NCBI GenBank assembly: GCA_963713855.1 | Contig: OY970209.1 | Location: forward strand, 128,001 to 192,000 | Source: an uncultured bacterium | GTDB lineage: Bacteria > Babelota > Babeliae > Babelales > Babelaceae | DNA: 64,000 bases | Direction of reading: 5' to 3' | The notes under the pieces: generated by a model | Databases searched by the model: none | What the model saw: the letters and a program-made list of their open reading frames with translations, nothing else | What the model was told of the DNA's origin: nothing | Translations under genes and position numbers: made by a program | Shown here: piece after piece, positions 30,470 through 39,691 of the stretch | Position numbering within the stretch: position 1 is the stretch's first letter | Layout of the letters: each line of letters begins with the position of its first letter

Positions 30470-32184
30470 TATACTTCGACGTCCTGGGAGGTAGTAGCGG
30501 CCACAGATAGAACTTCCTCAATTGTTGTAAGTCCCATCTTAATTTTTCGAATACCGTCATCGAGGAGTAGGGTCATTCCTTCTTTCATGGCCTCTTTTTG
30601 TATTACTGAGGCATCGGCTCTTTCAACGGTAAGTCGTGCGATAGGATTGGTCATAGGCATTACTTCAAAGATAGCCATACGTCCTTTGTATCCCGTATTA
30701 GAGCATTCCTCGCAGCCTACGGCCTCATAAAACTTGATCGTCTTAGCCTCAGATGCGGATATACCTAACCGTTTTAATAAGTCTGGATCTGGCTTATATT
30801 CCTTTTTACAATACGGGCAGAGTTTACGAACAAGGCGCTGTGCAATGACGCACGTAAGCGTTGATGCAATTAAGAAGGGCTCTATTCCCATATCAAGAAG
30901 TCGAGTAATGCTTGCTGCAGCGCTATTCGTGTGTAGGGTACTTAACACAAGGTGTCCGGTCAAAGCGGATTGTATAGCAATCTGTGCGGTTTCTCGGTCA
31001 CGAGTTTCACCGATCATGATTATATCGGGGTCTTGACGCAAAATGGACCTAAGAGCGGCTGCGAATGTTAGACCTATGCTCTCACGTACTTGCACTTGCC
31101 CGACACCCTGCATTTGGTACTCGACCGGGTCTTCAACGGTGATTATATTGACTCCGGGCTTATTGAGCCTTCCTAAAATTGCGTAGAGCGTTGTCGTTTT
31201 ACCAGAACCTGTTGGACCTGTAATAAGAACGATGCCATTTGGCTGCTCGATGCTGTAAAGCACTCCTTTATAATCATGCTCGCTAAAGCCAAGATCTTTA
31301 AGGTCGGCAAAGCTTTTGCTTTTATCTAAAAGTCGCATTACGATACGCTCACCAAAGGTGACGGGTAGAACGGATACACGTATGTCGATTGGTTTATCGG
31401 CTATCTTTATCTGAATACGTCCATCTTGCGGTTGGCGTTTTTCAGCAATGTTAAGGTTTGCCATGATTTTAATACGCGACGTAATAGCTGCTTGTGCACG
31501 CTTTGGGGGGGACATGACTGGATACAAAACACCATCGATACGATAGCGCACCTGTAGCTCTTTTTCAAAAGGCTCGATATGTATGTCGGACGCATCGCGC
31601 TTTACTGCTTGATAGAGGATATGATTAACCAGCTTTATGATAGGCGCCTCATTAGCCATACCGAGTATGTCTTCTTCCTCAATCGCGCCAAGGTCCATCT
31701 CGGATGCAAGCTCTTTTTCCTCTTCAAGCTCCGCTATCATCTGCTTTGTACCTTCTAGGGGGTAATAGCGATTAATAGCATCAATGATGGTTGATCGCGC
31801 TGCGACTGCTCGAGTCGTATTCCCACCAAGTAGCATATTCAATTCGTCTGCTGGCTGATAATTAAGAGGATCAGTAAGCGCAATAACGACTGAACCGTCA
31901 GGGTTTCGAACCGGTATAATGCTATTTTCTCGTAAAAACTTTAAGGGGATTCTTCCAAGAAGTTCAGCATCCGCCATCTTATCAGTTATGGCTTCAAGAT
32001 AGGGCAATTGAAATTTTAAAGCTCGCGCAGAGGCTAAATCTTTGTCGCTGACCAAATTATTGGCGGTTAAGTAAGCCTCAAGCGTCAGCCCAGCAGCCTG
32101 ACTTTCTTTACGGTACTCATCATACCGCTCTTTCGTAAGCGCTCCCTGCTCACGCAAGATCTCCCCTAGAGTTTTTTCTACCAT
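30469..32184 (-). CDS. gspE: Type II secretion/type IV pilus assembly ATPase (GspE/PilB)
   Basis: ASDIHIEP, GPTGSGKTTT, EDPVE, LRQDPD, STLHTN, CxxC..CxxC; probable start MVEKT at 32184. Confidence 0.93.
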   Translation of the reverse strand: MVEKTLGEILREQGALTKERYDEYRKESQAAGLTLEAYLTANNLVSDKDLASARALKFQLPYLEAITDKMADAELLGRIPLKFLRENSIIPVRNPDGSVVIALTDPLNYQPADELNMLLGGNTTRAVAARSTIIDAINRYYPLEGTKQMIAELEEEKELASEMDLGAIEEEDILGMANEAPIIKLVNHILYQAVKRDASDIHIEPFEKELQVRYRIDGVLYPVMSPPKRAQAAITSRIKIMANLNIAEKRQPQDGRIQIKIADKPIDIRVSVLPVTFGERIVMRLLDKSKSFADLKDLGFSEHDYKGVLYSIEQPNGIVLITGPTGSGKTTTLYAILGRLNKPGVNIITVEDPVEYQMQGVGQVQVRESIGLTFAAALRSILRQDPDIIMIGETRDRETAQIAIQSALTGHLVLSTLHTNSAAASITRLLDMGIEPFLIASTLTCVIAQRLVRKLCPYCKKEYKPDPDLLKRLGISASEAKTIKFYEAVGCEECSNTGYKGRMAIFEVMPMTNPIARLTVERADASVIQKEAMKEGMTLLLDDGIRKIKMGLTTIEEVLSVAATTSQDVEV

Positions 32185-32331
32185 ACATTCTCCCCAAAAT
32201 CTTTCACAAAGTAGAATATCATAGCACATGCTATTTGCTAGAGCACGCCAATAATCGTAAACCTGTGTTCAAAAAAATTATATTCTCTTATAAATATATT
32301 ACAAAAGTCATTACATTTATAGTCCTTGTTC

Positions 32332-32660
32332 TGTCCCCAAATAAAAAATCAGGGAAGTAAGCGCCTACGCGGCGTGCGGCAGGACATTGTCCTGCACCTG
32401 TTGCTTGTTTTGCATGTTACACATGCTTATTGTCTATGAGATAGACCGGAAAATCCGGTCTATCTCATTAGGCACATTTACTAAGAAAGGGAATTCCCTT
32501 TCTTAGTAAATTAAACAACCATAAAAAGTTTAAGAAGGGTGTGGGGCAAGGGTCATAAAGCCTGAGTCCAGGCTTATGAGCCCTTTCATAAGAGTCAATA
32601 CTATGACTCTTATGATGCCGCGTAGGCGCCTCTTTCTCTTTGACTTACTATTTAGGGACA
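32332..32660. mobile_element. MITE/REP-like fold-back element, copy E4
   Basis: Imperfect ~42-bp terminal inverted repeats (TGTCCC[C/T]AAATA...GCGCCTACGCGGC), six internal hairpins, 36-bp perfect palindrome at 32476-32511, no ORF. Confidence 0.7.
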
Positions 32661-32782
32661 CTCTTTAGAAACAAAAAACGAGCCAAATAACGGCCTACTT
32701 GCTTGATTATCCAATGTATACTAACCTAAAAGAAGAAAGCTACTAATAATCAGCATTTAATCTTTTTAACCAGAAATCACCT

Positions 32783-33640
32783 ATGAACATTTTTCCCTTT
32801 TTTCTAGCATCCGCTCTTTTGTGCCTTTTGGGGTGTGGGGCGTCTTCTAACCGTAAGCACGTTCGACAAGTTGATGCTGCCTATCGTGCGCTTCCCTCAA
32901 AAGCTATTAGGCAGACAACCCAGGATGAAGCTCTGAGTGCCAAAAAATATCATAAAGAGCACGGGGACTTGGATTTGGCTACAAAGTATCTTGAGCACGC
33001 TTTAGCAAAAACAACTGACCATCAGCAACGAAAGGATTTTATCTTGGAGCTTGCTGACATGTACATGGAGCTCGGAGTTAAGGATAAAGCCAGTAGGCTC
33101 TACTCTCAATATAAGACCCTCTACCCGGGTAGCCCGCTTATCAAATATGTACTCTATCAAGAAGTTGCCGCAAATTACGGTGATACCCTTTCAAGCGCTA
33201 AAGACCAGACAAAAACAAAAGAAGTTATAAAGCTTGCAAAAACGTTCCTTGAAGAATTTCCGGACGATGCTGAATATGCGGCTAAAGTGAATACCATTCT
33301 TGGCGAGGCTTCATTAAAAATTCTAAGAAATGAGTTTATAACGGTTACATTCTATTTACATAAATACACCTATGCTCCAGATGCGAGTTTACTTAAAGCT
33401 GCAAAACAGCGCTTGGCCCATCTTATAAAAGAGTATCTTCACCTTATTCCGGACAACAATGAGCTTTTAAAGCTTGATGACTCTCTAAAAGCTCAAGATG
33501 ATGCACCGACATACGCCGGTCTTAAAACGATAGCCGATACCATTGAAGCGTATCTTGGTCAGCATCCAGAAGTTGAAGATACTTTTCTAGCGCGCTTTTT
33601 TACCAGTAGGCGTCATGAGCAATCGGCAAATCGGGCATGA
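32783..33640 (+). CDS. bamD: Outer membrane protein assembly factor BamD-like lipoprotein
   Basis: Lipobox LLGC, TPR helices, LYPGS..YVLYQ, DQTKT..FLEEFP. Confidence 0.8.
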   Translation: MNIFPFFLASALLCLLGCGASSNRKHVRQVDAAYRALPSKAIRQTTQDEALSAKKYHKEHGDLDLATKYLEHALAKTTDHQQRKDFILELADMYMELGVKDKASRLYSQYKTLYPGSPLIKYVLYQEVAANYGDTLSSAKDQTKTKEVIKLAKTFLEEFPDDAEYAAKVNTILGEASLKILRNEFITVTFYLHKYTYAPDASLLKAAKQRLAHLIKEYLHLIPDNNELLKLDDSLKAQDDAPTYAGLKTIADTIEAYLGQHPEVEDTFLARFFTSRRHEQSANRA

Positions 33641-33992
33641 AGGAGAGCGCTTTGTGGGCAGCTATCTTGAGGCGCTGGGCTTTACAATAAAAGCTTATAA
33701 CTATCAACAGCGTTGCGGGGAGATTGACGTTATAGCACTTAAAAAAGACCTGCTTTTATTTGTGGAAGTAAAAGTAAGAAAAGAGCTTTACGGCACGATA
33801 GCAGACCTTATAGGACCTTCTAAGCAGCACAAAATTATTAAAACTGCAGTTTCTTATGTCGTCAGAGAGCATCCTTCGAAAGATCTTGTCTACCGGTTTG
33901 ATGTGGCCGTTTTAAAGCCAGAAGGCGCCTCTTATCGTCTCACGTATATACCAAATGCCTTTACCCCGACGGATAACCATAGGTTTATATGA
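33615..33992 (+). CDS. yraN: YraN-family endonuclease-like protein
   Basis: GEIDVIA..FVEVK.R, RFDV, NAF. Confidence 0.9.
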   Translation: MSNRQIGHEGERFVGSYLEALGFTIKAYNYQQRCGEIDVIALKKDLLLFVEVKVRKELYGTIADLIGPSKQHKIIKTAVSYVVREHPSKDLVYRFDVAVLKPEGASYRLTYIPNAFTPTDNHRFI

Positions 33993-34633
33993 AATTTGGC
34001 CTTGAATTTGCACAACGTGTTACGACAAGTATTATACTCATGTATGTACTTGTTGCGAGCTATCTTGTTGCTCCGTGGTGGATGGTGTCAGTGCTTTTAG
34101 GAACGGCACTCATGTACATCCTGGTCAAAGAGTGGCCCCATTTTCGAATTCTTTGGCTTACACCACTGTATCCGGTTCTACCTTTCTTGTGCTTGATTGC
34201 CCTTAACGAGGGCACAACAAACATGCTTCTTCCCTTTTTGTTTGTAAATGTAGCAAGTTATGACGCAGGTGCTTACTGTGTCGGTAAATTACTCGGAAGC
34301 CGCAAGCTCGTACCAAGCATTAGCCCAGGAAAAACATGGGAGGGTGCCTTAGGCGGTTTTACGATTTCTTCACTCATAACGTACGCATTCTTACTTTCTC
34401 ACCAGTACAGCCCCAGTTTTTTAAACGTGTGCTTGTCTTCGCTTATAATAAACATTGCAAGCACAAGTGGCGATATATTTGAATCATACCTAAAACGCCA
34501 GGCTGGACTTAAAGATGCCGGCTCCTTGCTTCCTGGGCATGGGGGGCTTCTTGACAGGTTTGATGGCATTTTGGGAGCCGCGCTTATTGTTTATCCTCTA
34601 CGCTCTTTTTTCATAAAGCTTGTAGGATTGTAG
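33989..34633 (+). CDS. cdsA: Phosphatidate cytidylyltransferase
   Basis: ISPGKTWEG, GDIFES.LKR..KD.G..LPGHGG.LDRFD. Confidence 0.94.
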   Translation: MKFGLEFAQRVTTSIILMYVLVASYLVAPWWMVSVLLGTALMYILVKEWPHFRILWLTPLYPVLPFLCLIALNEGTTNMLLPFLFVNVASYDAGAYCVGKLLGSRKLVPSISPGKTWEGALGGFTISSLITYAFLLSHQYSPSFLNVCLSSLIINIASTSGDIFESYLKRQAGLKDAGSLLPGHGGLLDRFDGILGAALIVYPLRSFFIKLVGL

Positions 34634-34637
34634 CAAA

Positions 34638-35324
34638 ATGAATGAATTCATTTTTATTCTCTATGTGTTTACGTTGATTCTTTTTAACTCATGGGCGCTT
34701 ATCCTTGGAAAGTCTGCTTTAATAAGCCTTATTGCGCTTGAGTGGGTGCTTGCTAATCTTTTTGTAACAAAACAGATAACACTTATTGGATTGAATGCAA
34801 CAGCATCAGACGCGCTAGCTGTTGGCGCTACACTCGGTCTTAACCTCATACAGGAAGAGTACGGAAAGCCTGCTACGAGAAAAGCCATCATCATTAGCTT
34901 TACCTGCCTTCTTTTTTACACGATTACCTCACTTCTTCATTTAAGTTATATAAAAAGCCCGAGCGATCTATCGCAGGAACACTTTTTATTCATTCTTTCC
35001 CCAATGCCACGGCTTATTTTTGCAAGCCTTATAACTAGCTTAGTTGTGCAATATAGCGAATACCGCATCTACGGCTTTTTTTCTTCACTATTAAAAAAGC
35101 GCTTTTTTGTCCTGAGAAATTATGCATCGGTCAGCGTTACACAAGCCATCGATACGGTCTTATTTACTTTTTTAGGGCTTTATGGGGTACTGGAACACAT
35201 TGGTGATATACTTTTTATAAGCTATACGATAAAGCTCGTCACTCTTTTTCTTACAGCTCCATTTTTAGCACTTGCAAGAAAGCTAGCTCATTCGTTTTTA
35301 AAACTTACAAAACCCAATAATTAA
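34638..35324 (+). CDS. yhhQ: Queuosine precursor transporter (YhhQ/VUT family)
   Basis: ANLFVTK, EEYG, RLIFASL, RN..S..TQAIDT.LF; adjacent to tgt. Confidence 0.85.
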   Translation: MNEFIFILYVFTLILFNSWALILGKSALISLIALEWVLANLFVTKQITLIGLNATASDALAVGATLGLNLIQEEYGKPATRKAIIISFTCLLFYTITSLLHLSYIKSPSDLSQEHFLFILSPMPRLIFASLITSLVVQYSEYRIYGFFSSLLKKRFFVLRNYASVSVTQAIDTVLFTFLGLYGVLEHIGDILFISYTIKLVTLFLTAPFLALARKLAHSFLKLTKPNN

Positions 35325-35330
35325 AGGCTT

Positions 35331-36455
35331 ATGTTTAAATTCGAAATTATTCACACTTCTTCCCGATCGAGAGCACGCGTTGGTCGTATACACACTTCGC
35401 ATGGCATCATAGACACGCCCACATTTGTACCCGTGGGAACAAACGCAACCGTAAAAGCGCTTGATAGTGAGCTTTTAAAACAAACAAAGACCCAACTCCT
35501 TTTTTGCAACACATACCACCTTCTCGTGCATCCCGGCCCAGAAACTATACGTTCCGCAGGCGGACTTCACACTTTTATGAATTACGACGCACCGATTATC
35601 ACCGATTCCGGCGGTTTTCAAATTTTTAGCCTAGCCTACGGTACCGTACATGACGAGCTTAAAAGTAAGGGAACAAAAAAGAACGAGGGCGCTGTCATAA
35701 GAATAACTGAAGAAGGTGTCACTTTTAGGTCATATAGAGATGGTAGTATAATTCATATAACACCAGAATCGTCGATCCAAGCACAGAAGGATTACGCTGC
35801 TGATATTATCATCCCGCTCGACGAGCTTCCACCTTATCACATTAACCCGAAAAAGCTACGAGAATCACTTGATCGTACACACCGCTGGGAAAAACGATCA
35901 TTAGAGGAGCACTTGAAAAATTCGGCCGGTCAAGGCCTTTATGCAGTAATTCATGGAGGACTCGACAAAGATTTACGCCAACATAGTTGTAGCGTACTCG
36001 GTGCATGCCCTTTTGATGGATTTGCCATTGGCGGAAGCCTTGGTAAAAACCGCCAAGAAATGATCGAAATGCTTACACCGCTAATGCCATTCATACCGCT
36101 CGAAAAACCTACCCACTTACTTGGCATTGGCGATCTTGCATCTTTAGAAAGCTCCATTCCGCTAGGTATCGACTCATTTGATAGCTCACATCCGACTCGC
36201 TGTGCCCGCCACGGGTTGCTTTTTACGAGTAAGGGAGATGTAAAAATTCTACAGTCTACCTACAAAAATGATTTTTCTTCACTCGACCCGGCATGCTCTT
36301 GCACAACCTGCCGCCATTACACAAAAGCGTACCTCCATCATCTCTTTAAAGCACGAGAAATAACAGCTTATATTTTGGCCACATTGCACAATGTTACCTT
36401 CATGGCAGACCTTATGGCATCTTACAGGAAAAAAATTCTCGAGGACCAATTATGA
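35331..36455 (+). CDS. tgt: tRNA-guanine transglycosylase
   Basis: TPTFVPVGT, NTYHL, TDSGGFQ, HLLG, D.FD, CSC..C zinc site. Confidence 0.95.
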   Translation: MFKFEIIHTSSRSRARVGRIHTSHGIIDTPTFVPVGTNATVKALDSELLKQTKTQLLFCNTYHLLVHPGPETIRSAGGLHTFMNYDAPIITDSGGFQIFSLAYGTVHDELKSKGTKKNEGAVIRITEEGVTFRSYRDGSIIHITPESSIQAQKDYAADIIIPLDELPPYHINPKKLRESLDRTHRWEKRSLEEHLKNSAGQGLYAVIHGGLDKDLRQHSCSVLGACPFDGFAIGGSLGKNRQEMIEMLTPLMPFIPLEKPTHLLGIGDLASLESSIPLGIDSFDSSHPTRCARHGLLFTSKGDVKILQSTYKNDFSSLDPACSCTTCRHYTKAYLHHLFKAREITAYILATLHNVTFMADLMASYRKKILEDQL

Positions 36456-37216
36456 AACAACTGACATCAGTACAAAATAGCCTGGTAAAAAAAGTGTCTT
36501 CATTAAAAGATAAAAAAGGCCGCACAGAACATCAAGCATTTATAGCCGAAGGCTGGCGTTGCGTCGAGTCATTTTTAAGCAATGGTTGGATACCGGAAAA
36601 CATCTTTGTTACACGTGATGTACATTCACAGCTTTCTTTTTTACATGCGCCTGATATGCCTATAGTACTTGTAGGACAAGAAATTATTAATAGAATAAGC
36701 TCAACTAAAACACCAAGCGGCGTTGTAGCAGTTTTTTCGATACCACAGAGAAAAAAAGCTTTTAAACTAAAGCCGGGAATCGTATTAGCCGATATTTGCG
36801 ACTCCGGCAACATGGGTACACTCATTCGTACAGCTGCTGGATTTGGTCATCCAGCTGTCGTCATCGTTGAGGGATGTGACCCCTGGAGCCCAAAGGTAGT
36901 TCAAGCATCCGCAGGTGCACTCGCTTTTATAAGCATTATTCAGTTATCGTGGCAGGAGCTGTTACATGAAAAGGGAGACCTTAAACTTTGCGCATTAGTA
37001 GCTCCGACAAATACGAAAACGATCAAACCGGATCTTTGTAATGCGCTTTTAGTTGTTGGAAACGAGGCACACGGTATTTCCGATGAATGGCTTTCTACAT
37101 GCGATACTACTTTTAGTCTGCCAATGCCAGGTAAAACAGAAAGCTTCAATGCGGCTGTAGCTGGGAGTATCGCCCTTTATATACAATACGAAGCATGCTC
37201 AAGAACAACACGCTAA
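36452..37216 (+). CDS. TrmH/SpoU-family RNA methyltransferase
   Basis: GNMGTLIRTA, VGNEAHG, ESFNAAVA. Confidence 0.92.
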   Translation: MKQLTSVQNSLVKKVSSLKDKKGRTEHQAFIAEGWRCVESFLSNGWIPENIFVTRDVHSQLSFLHAPDMPIVLVGQEIINRISSTKTPSGVVAVFSIPQRKKAFKLKPGIVLADICDSGNMGTLIRTAAGFGHPAVVIVEGCDPWSPKVVQASAGALAFISIIQLSWQELLHEKGDLKLCALVAPTNTKTIKPDLCNALLVVGNEAHGISDEWLSTCDTTFSLPMPGKTESFNAAVAGSIALYIQYEACSRTTR

Positions 37217-37226
37217 AGGCCCCACG

Positions 37227-38648
37227 ATGCTATCAGGTAAATGTTCATACTTCACCCTTTTTATAAGCTGTGTCTTACTAAGTTGCACGGCTTTTGGTAT
37301 GGAGGAAAAAAAGAAAAAAAGGCGCAAACCAAAACCGGCCGCTACACGCGTATGCAGTGAAACAAATTCGGGGTCTGATGATGGTGAGCAAGAAGCGAGT
37401 CAATCACTATGCAGACTGCTATCGGAAAGCGTGCTCAATCCTCAAGAATCAGTAACTGTTTTTATTGATTGTCTTAATATAAGACTTCTTATTCATTGCT
37501 TATTTGCTTTAAAAGATACTGAAAGAGCGAAAGCCATGATTCGTGCATTTGAAAATAAAAATCAATGCAAAGTCGCTGAGATAGCGTCGAGCATAGCGTT
37601 TTCGCAAGACTTTTTTGAGCATGCGCACAACCTACTTGAAGCCATACAAGCAGAAAATCGTCCGAAAATAGACCAGATGATTTTCGATGGTCAGGGAGAG
37701 CCCTTTCTATTATCGGCAATCGGCAATGAAGCGGTGTACGATGAAAAACTCCTAGCAGCAGAATGGCTTTTCGAGCAAGGTGTCACTTTTCTTCCCCATA
37801 GGCTGCATGCTTTAAGCACTGCTAGCATACTATGGTTTTATCAGCACCAAATAAAGATGCCCGCTCATCAAGATCAGTTGCTACGTTTACCTATGATTAT
37901 TACTGCCGCGATGCAAAGCAGCTACCAAAGCATGGAAACAGCTATAAGGCAGACGCAGCCTCTTGAAATTGAAATCGTTGGAGCACTACTTATCACTATA
38001 GCTCTTGGAGACCATAACCTTACTGAGCAACTTTTAAAAGCGTACGCAAACCTTGTGAGTCAAGCCTACCAAGAACTACTTATAATAAGAGCTGCTGCAT
38101 TTGGCCATATCGATATTCTCCACTTGGTAATAGAAACTTTCGGTGCTTCCGATTACGCTTTGCAGGAAAGCTTGCAATTTGCTGCGAGTCGGGGTCAACT
38201 GCACATGCTACGTTTTTTACTAAAAAACTACAAAAAAGAAGTTGAAAAAGTCATTGACTGCGCTTTTATAAGATCGGTATTGACTGGTCACAGCGCCGTT
38301 GCCCAATACTTATCGAAAAAAGTAGATAAGGAAACTGAACGCCATCTTGATATAAAACAAGCATTCAAGCAAGCACTCTATTTTGCAGCAACACATCGAA
38401 GATGGGGCTTTTTTTGCTGGGTACTCGATGCTGCACTGACTTATGGCATAAAATTAAGTAAGCTCCGCAAACATTTTACGTTTTTACTCAGTGAAAGTGA
38501 CGTCAGCCAATGGGTCAAAAAACATATCACCGTCGCGCTTATCTTTCTTAGAGATGAGTTTATTGAAGAAACAAGGCTTTATGGTACCCTATTCCTCTTG
38601 CCAAAAGATGTCCGCGAGATAGTCCTACAAAAACTGACTGCTTTCTGA
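37227..38648 (+). CDS. Secreted ankyrin-repeat protein with F-box-like C-terminus
   Basis: Signal peptide + GME, KKKKRRKPK, ankyrin segments AAAFGHIDIL/AASRGQL, C-terminal LLPKDVREIVLQKL. Confidence 0.75.
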   Translation: MLSGKCSYFTLFISCVLLSCTAFGMEEKKKKRRKPKPAATRVCSETNSGSDDGEQEASQSLCRLLSESVLNPQESVTVFIDCLNIRLLIHCLFALKDTERAKAMIRAFENKNQCKVAEIASSIAFSQDFFEHAHNLLEAIQAENRPKIDQMIFDGQGEPFLLSAIGNEAVYDEKLLAAEWLFEQGVTFLPHRLHALSTASILWFYQHQIKMPAHQDQLLRLPMIITAAMQSSYQSMETAIRQTQPLEIEIVGALLITIALGDHNLTEQLLKAYANLVSQAYQELLIIRAAAFGHIDILHLVIETFGASDYALQESLQFAASRGQLHMLRFLLKNYKKEVEKVIDCAFIRSVLTGHSAVAQYLSKKVDKETERHLDIKQAFKQALYFAATHRRWGFFCWVLDAALTYGIKLSKLRKHFTFLLSESDVSQWVKKHITVALIFLRDEFIEETRLYGTLFLLPKDVREIVLQKLTAF

Positions 38649-38721
38649 AAAGCTTTTTTAGTTTTTTAAGAAACTAAATAATATATCTGCGCTCACGCCC
38701 ATGGTCACCAAATGTTAGAAA

Positions 38722-39366
38722 TTAGTACGAATTATACGGATATAAGGCGGCATTACCATTTTGCTGATTATTTCCAAGCACAGCGTTTCTCACTCTTTCC
38801 TGCTCTGAAAGTATGAAAAGCCACACATTAGCATGGCCCGCATAAGGTCGACTTGTCCTTTCTAGTGACTCTAAATAGCTCTTGAGCTTTGCATGCAATG
38901 GCAGTTCTGTCGCGGCATAAAGTCTACCGGTGGCATCAGTGATTCGAGGATTAGCTTTATTTTCGATCAATAAGTTTAATATTTCAATTCGCAAATCGCA
39001 ATCTTGATCAGATGAGGGATCCGAAGCACCTACTACCAGGCGAGCTGCTTCGTCCATTAAGTAGCCGAGGGTTACGTTCTTAAGCAGCCATCTTAAGATA
39101 GAGAGATGACCTTTTTCAGCCGCAAGCAAAAAACATTCTTTGCTAATCCGCTCGTTTTCATCTTTATCGAGTTGAGTAGATAAAATGATCTTTCTTACTG
39201 TCCTCACATCATCGTTTTTTTCAAGGTGTTTTCTCATAGCGGTGTCTAAGGCGGAATTCTCGGACTCTCCATTTACGGGTCCGTGCTTTTTTTCTTCCAT
39301 TCCAGATACATTCAAAAATAGATTCGAGATTAGTAAAAAATAAAAAAATAAGTGCTTTATTTCCAT
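38722..39366 (-). CDS. Secreted ankyrin-repeat protein
   Basis: Signal peptide + GME; LAAEKGHLSILRWLL, LLIENKANP. Confidence 0.75.
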   Translation of the reverse strand: MEIKHLFFYFLLISNLFLNVSGMEEKKHGPVNGESENSALDTAMRKHLEKNDDVRTVRKIILSTQLDKDENERISKECFLLAAEKGHLSILRWLLKNVTLGYLMDEAARLVVGASDPSSDQDCDLRIEILNLLIENKANPRITDATGRLYAATELPLHAKLKSYLESLERTSRPYAGHANVWLFILSEQERVRNAVLGNNQQNGNAALYPYNSY

Positions 39367-39420
39367 TATAGACCTTTCATCATTTTGATACCTAATAGTA
39401 TTACATTTTTAATAAAACTC

Positions 39421-39586
39421 AAGTTGCAGTTGCTCACTGCTTTGTACTTTTTTTAACTTTTCATAGTTGTTAGTCCCAGTGATACAAGTTAGAGATAAGC
39501 TAACTAAGCTCTTAGCCACGGCGGGTCATTGGAACTATTGAAACTCCGTTAAGCCAAACAACTTGAGCAATTGGAGCTTCTTTTTA
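39421..39586 (+). ncRNA. Candidate rod-shaped ncRNA (6S-like)
   Basis: Long closing stem with G-U pairs, central bubble, inner stems, upstream TTGATA-17-TTTAAT, 3' U-tract. Confidence 0.4.
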
Positions 39587-39691
39587 GTTGATGGTGCTTT
39601 TGCTTGCGTACTATTTTGACTTCTTGATCGCCTTAAGAAAATCTGATAAAATATACATAACTAACTAATGATTTACGCGAGGATTTACAAC

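Noticed and set aside
32332..32660. CRISPR array or tRNA cluster
   Set aside because: The hairpins differ in sequence, there are no direct repeats with spacers, no TTC-loop/CCA cloverleaf and no cas genes
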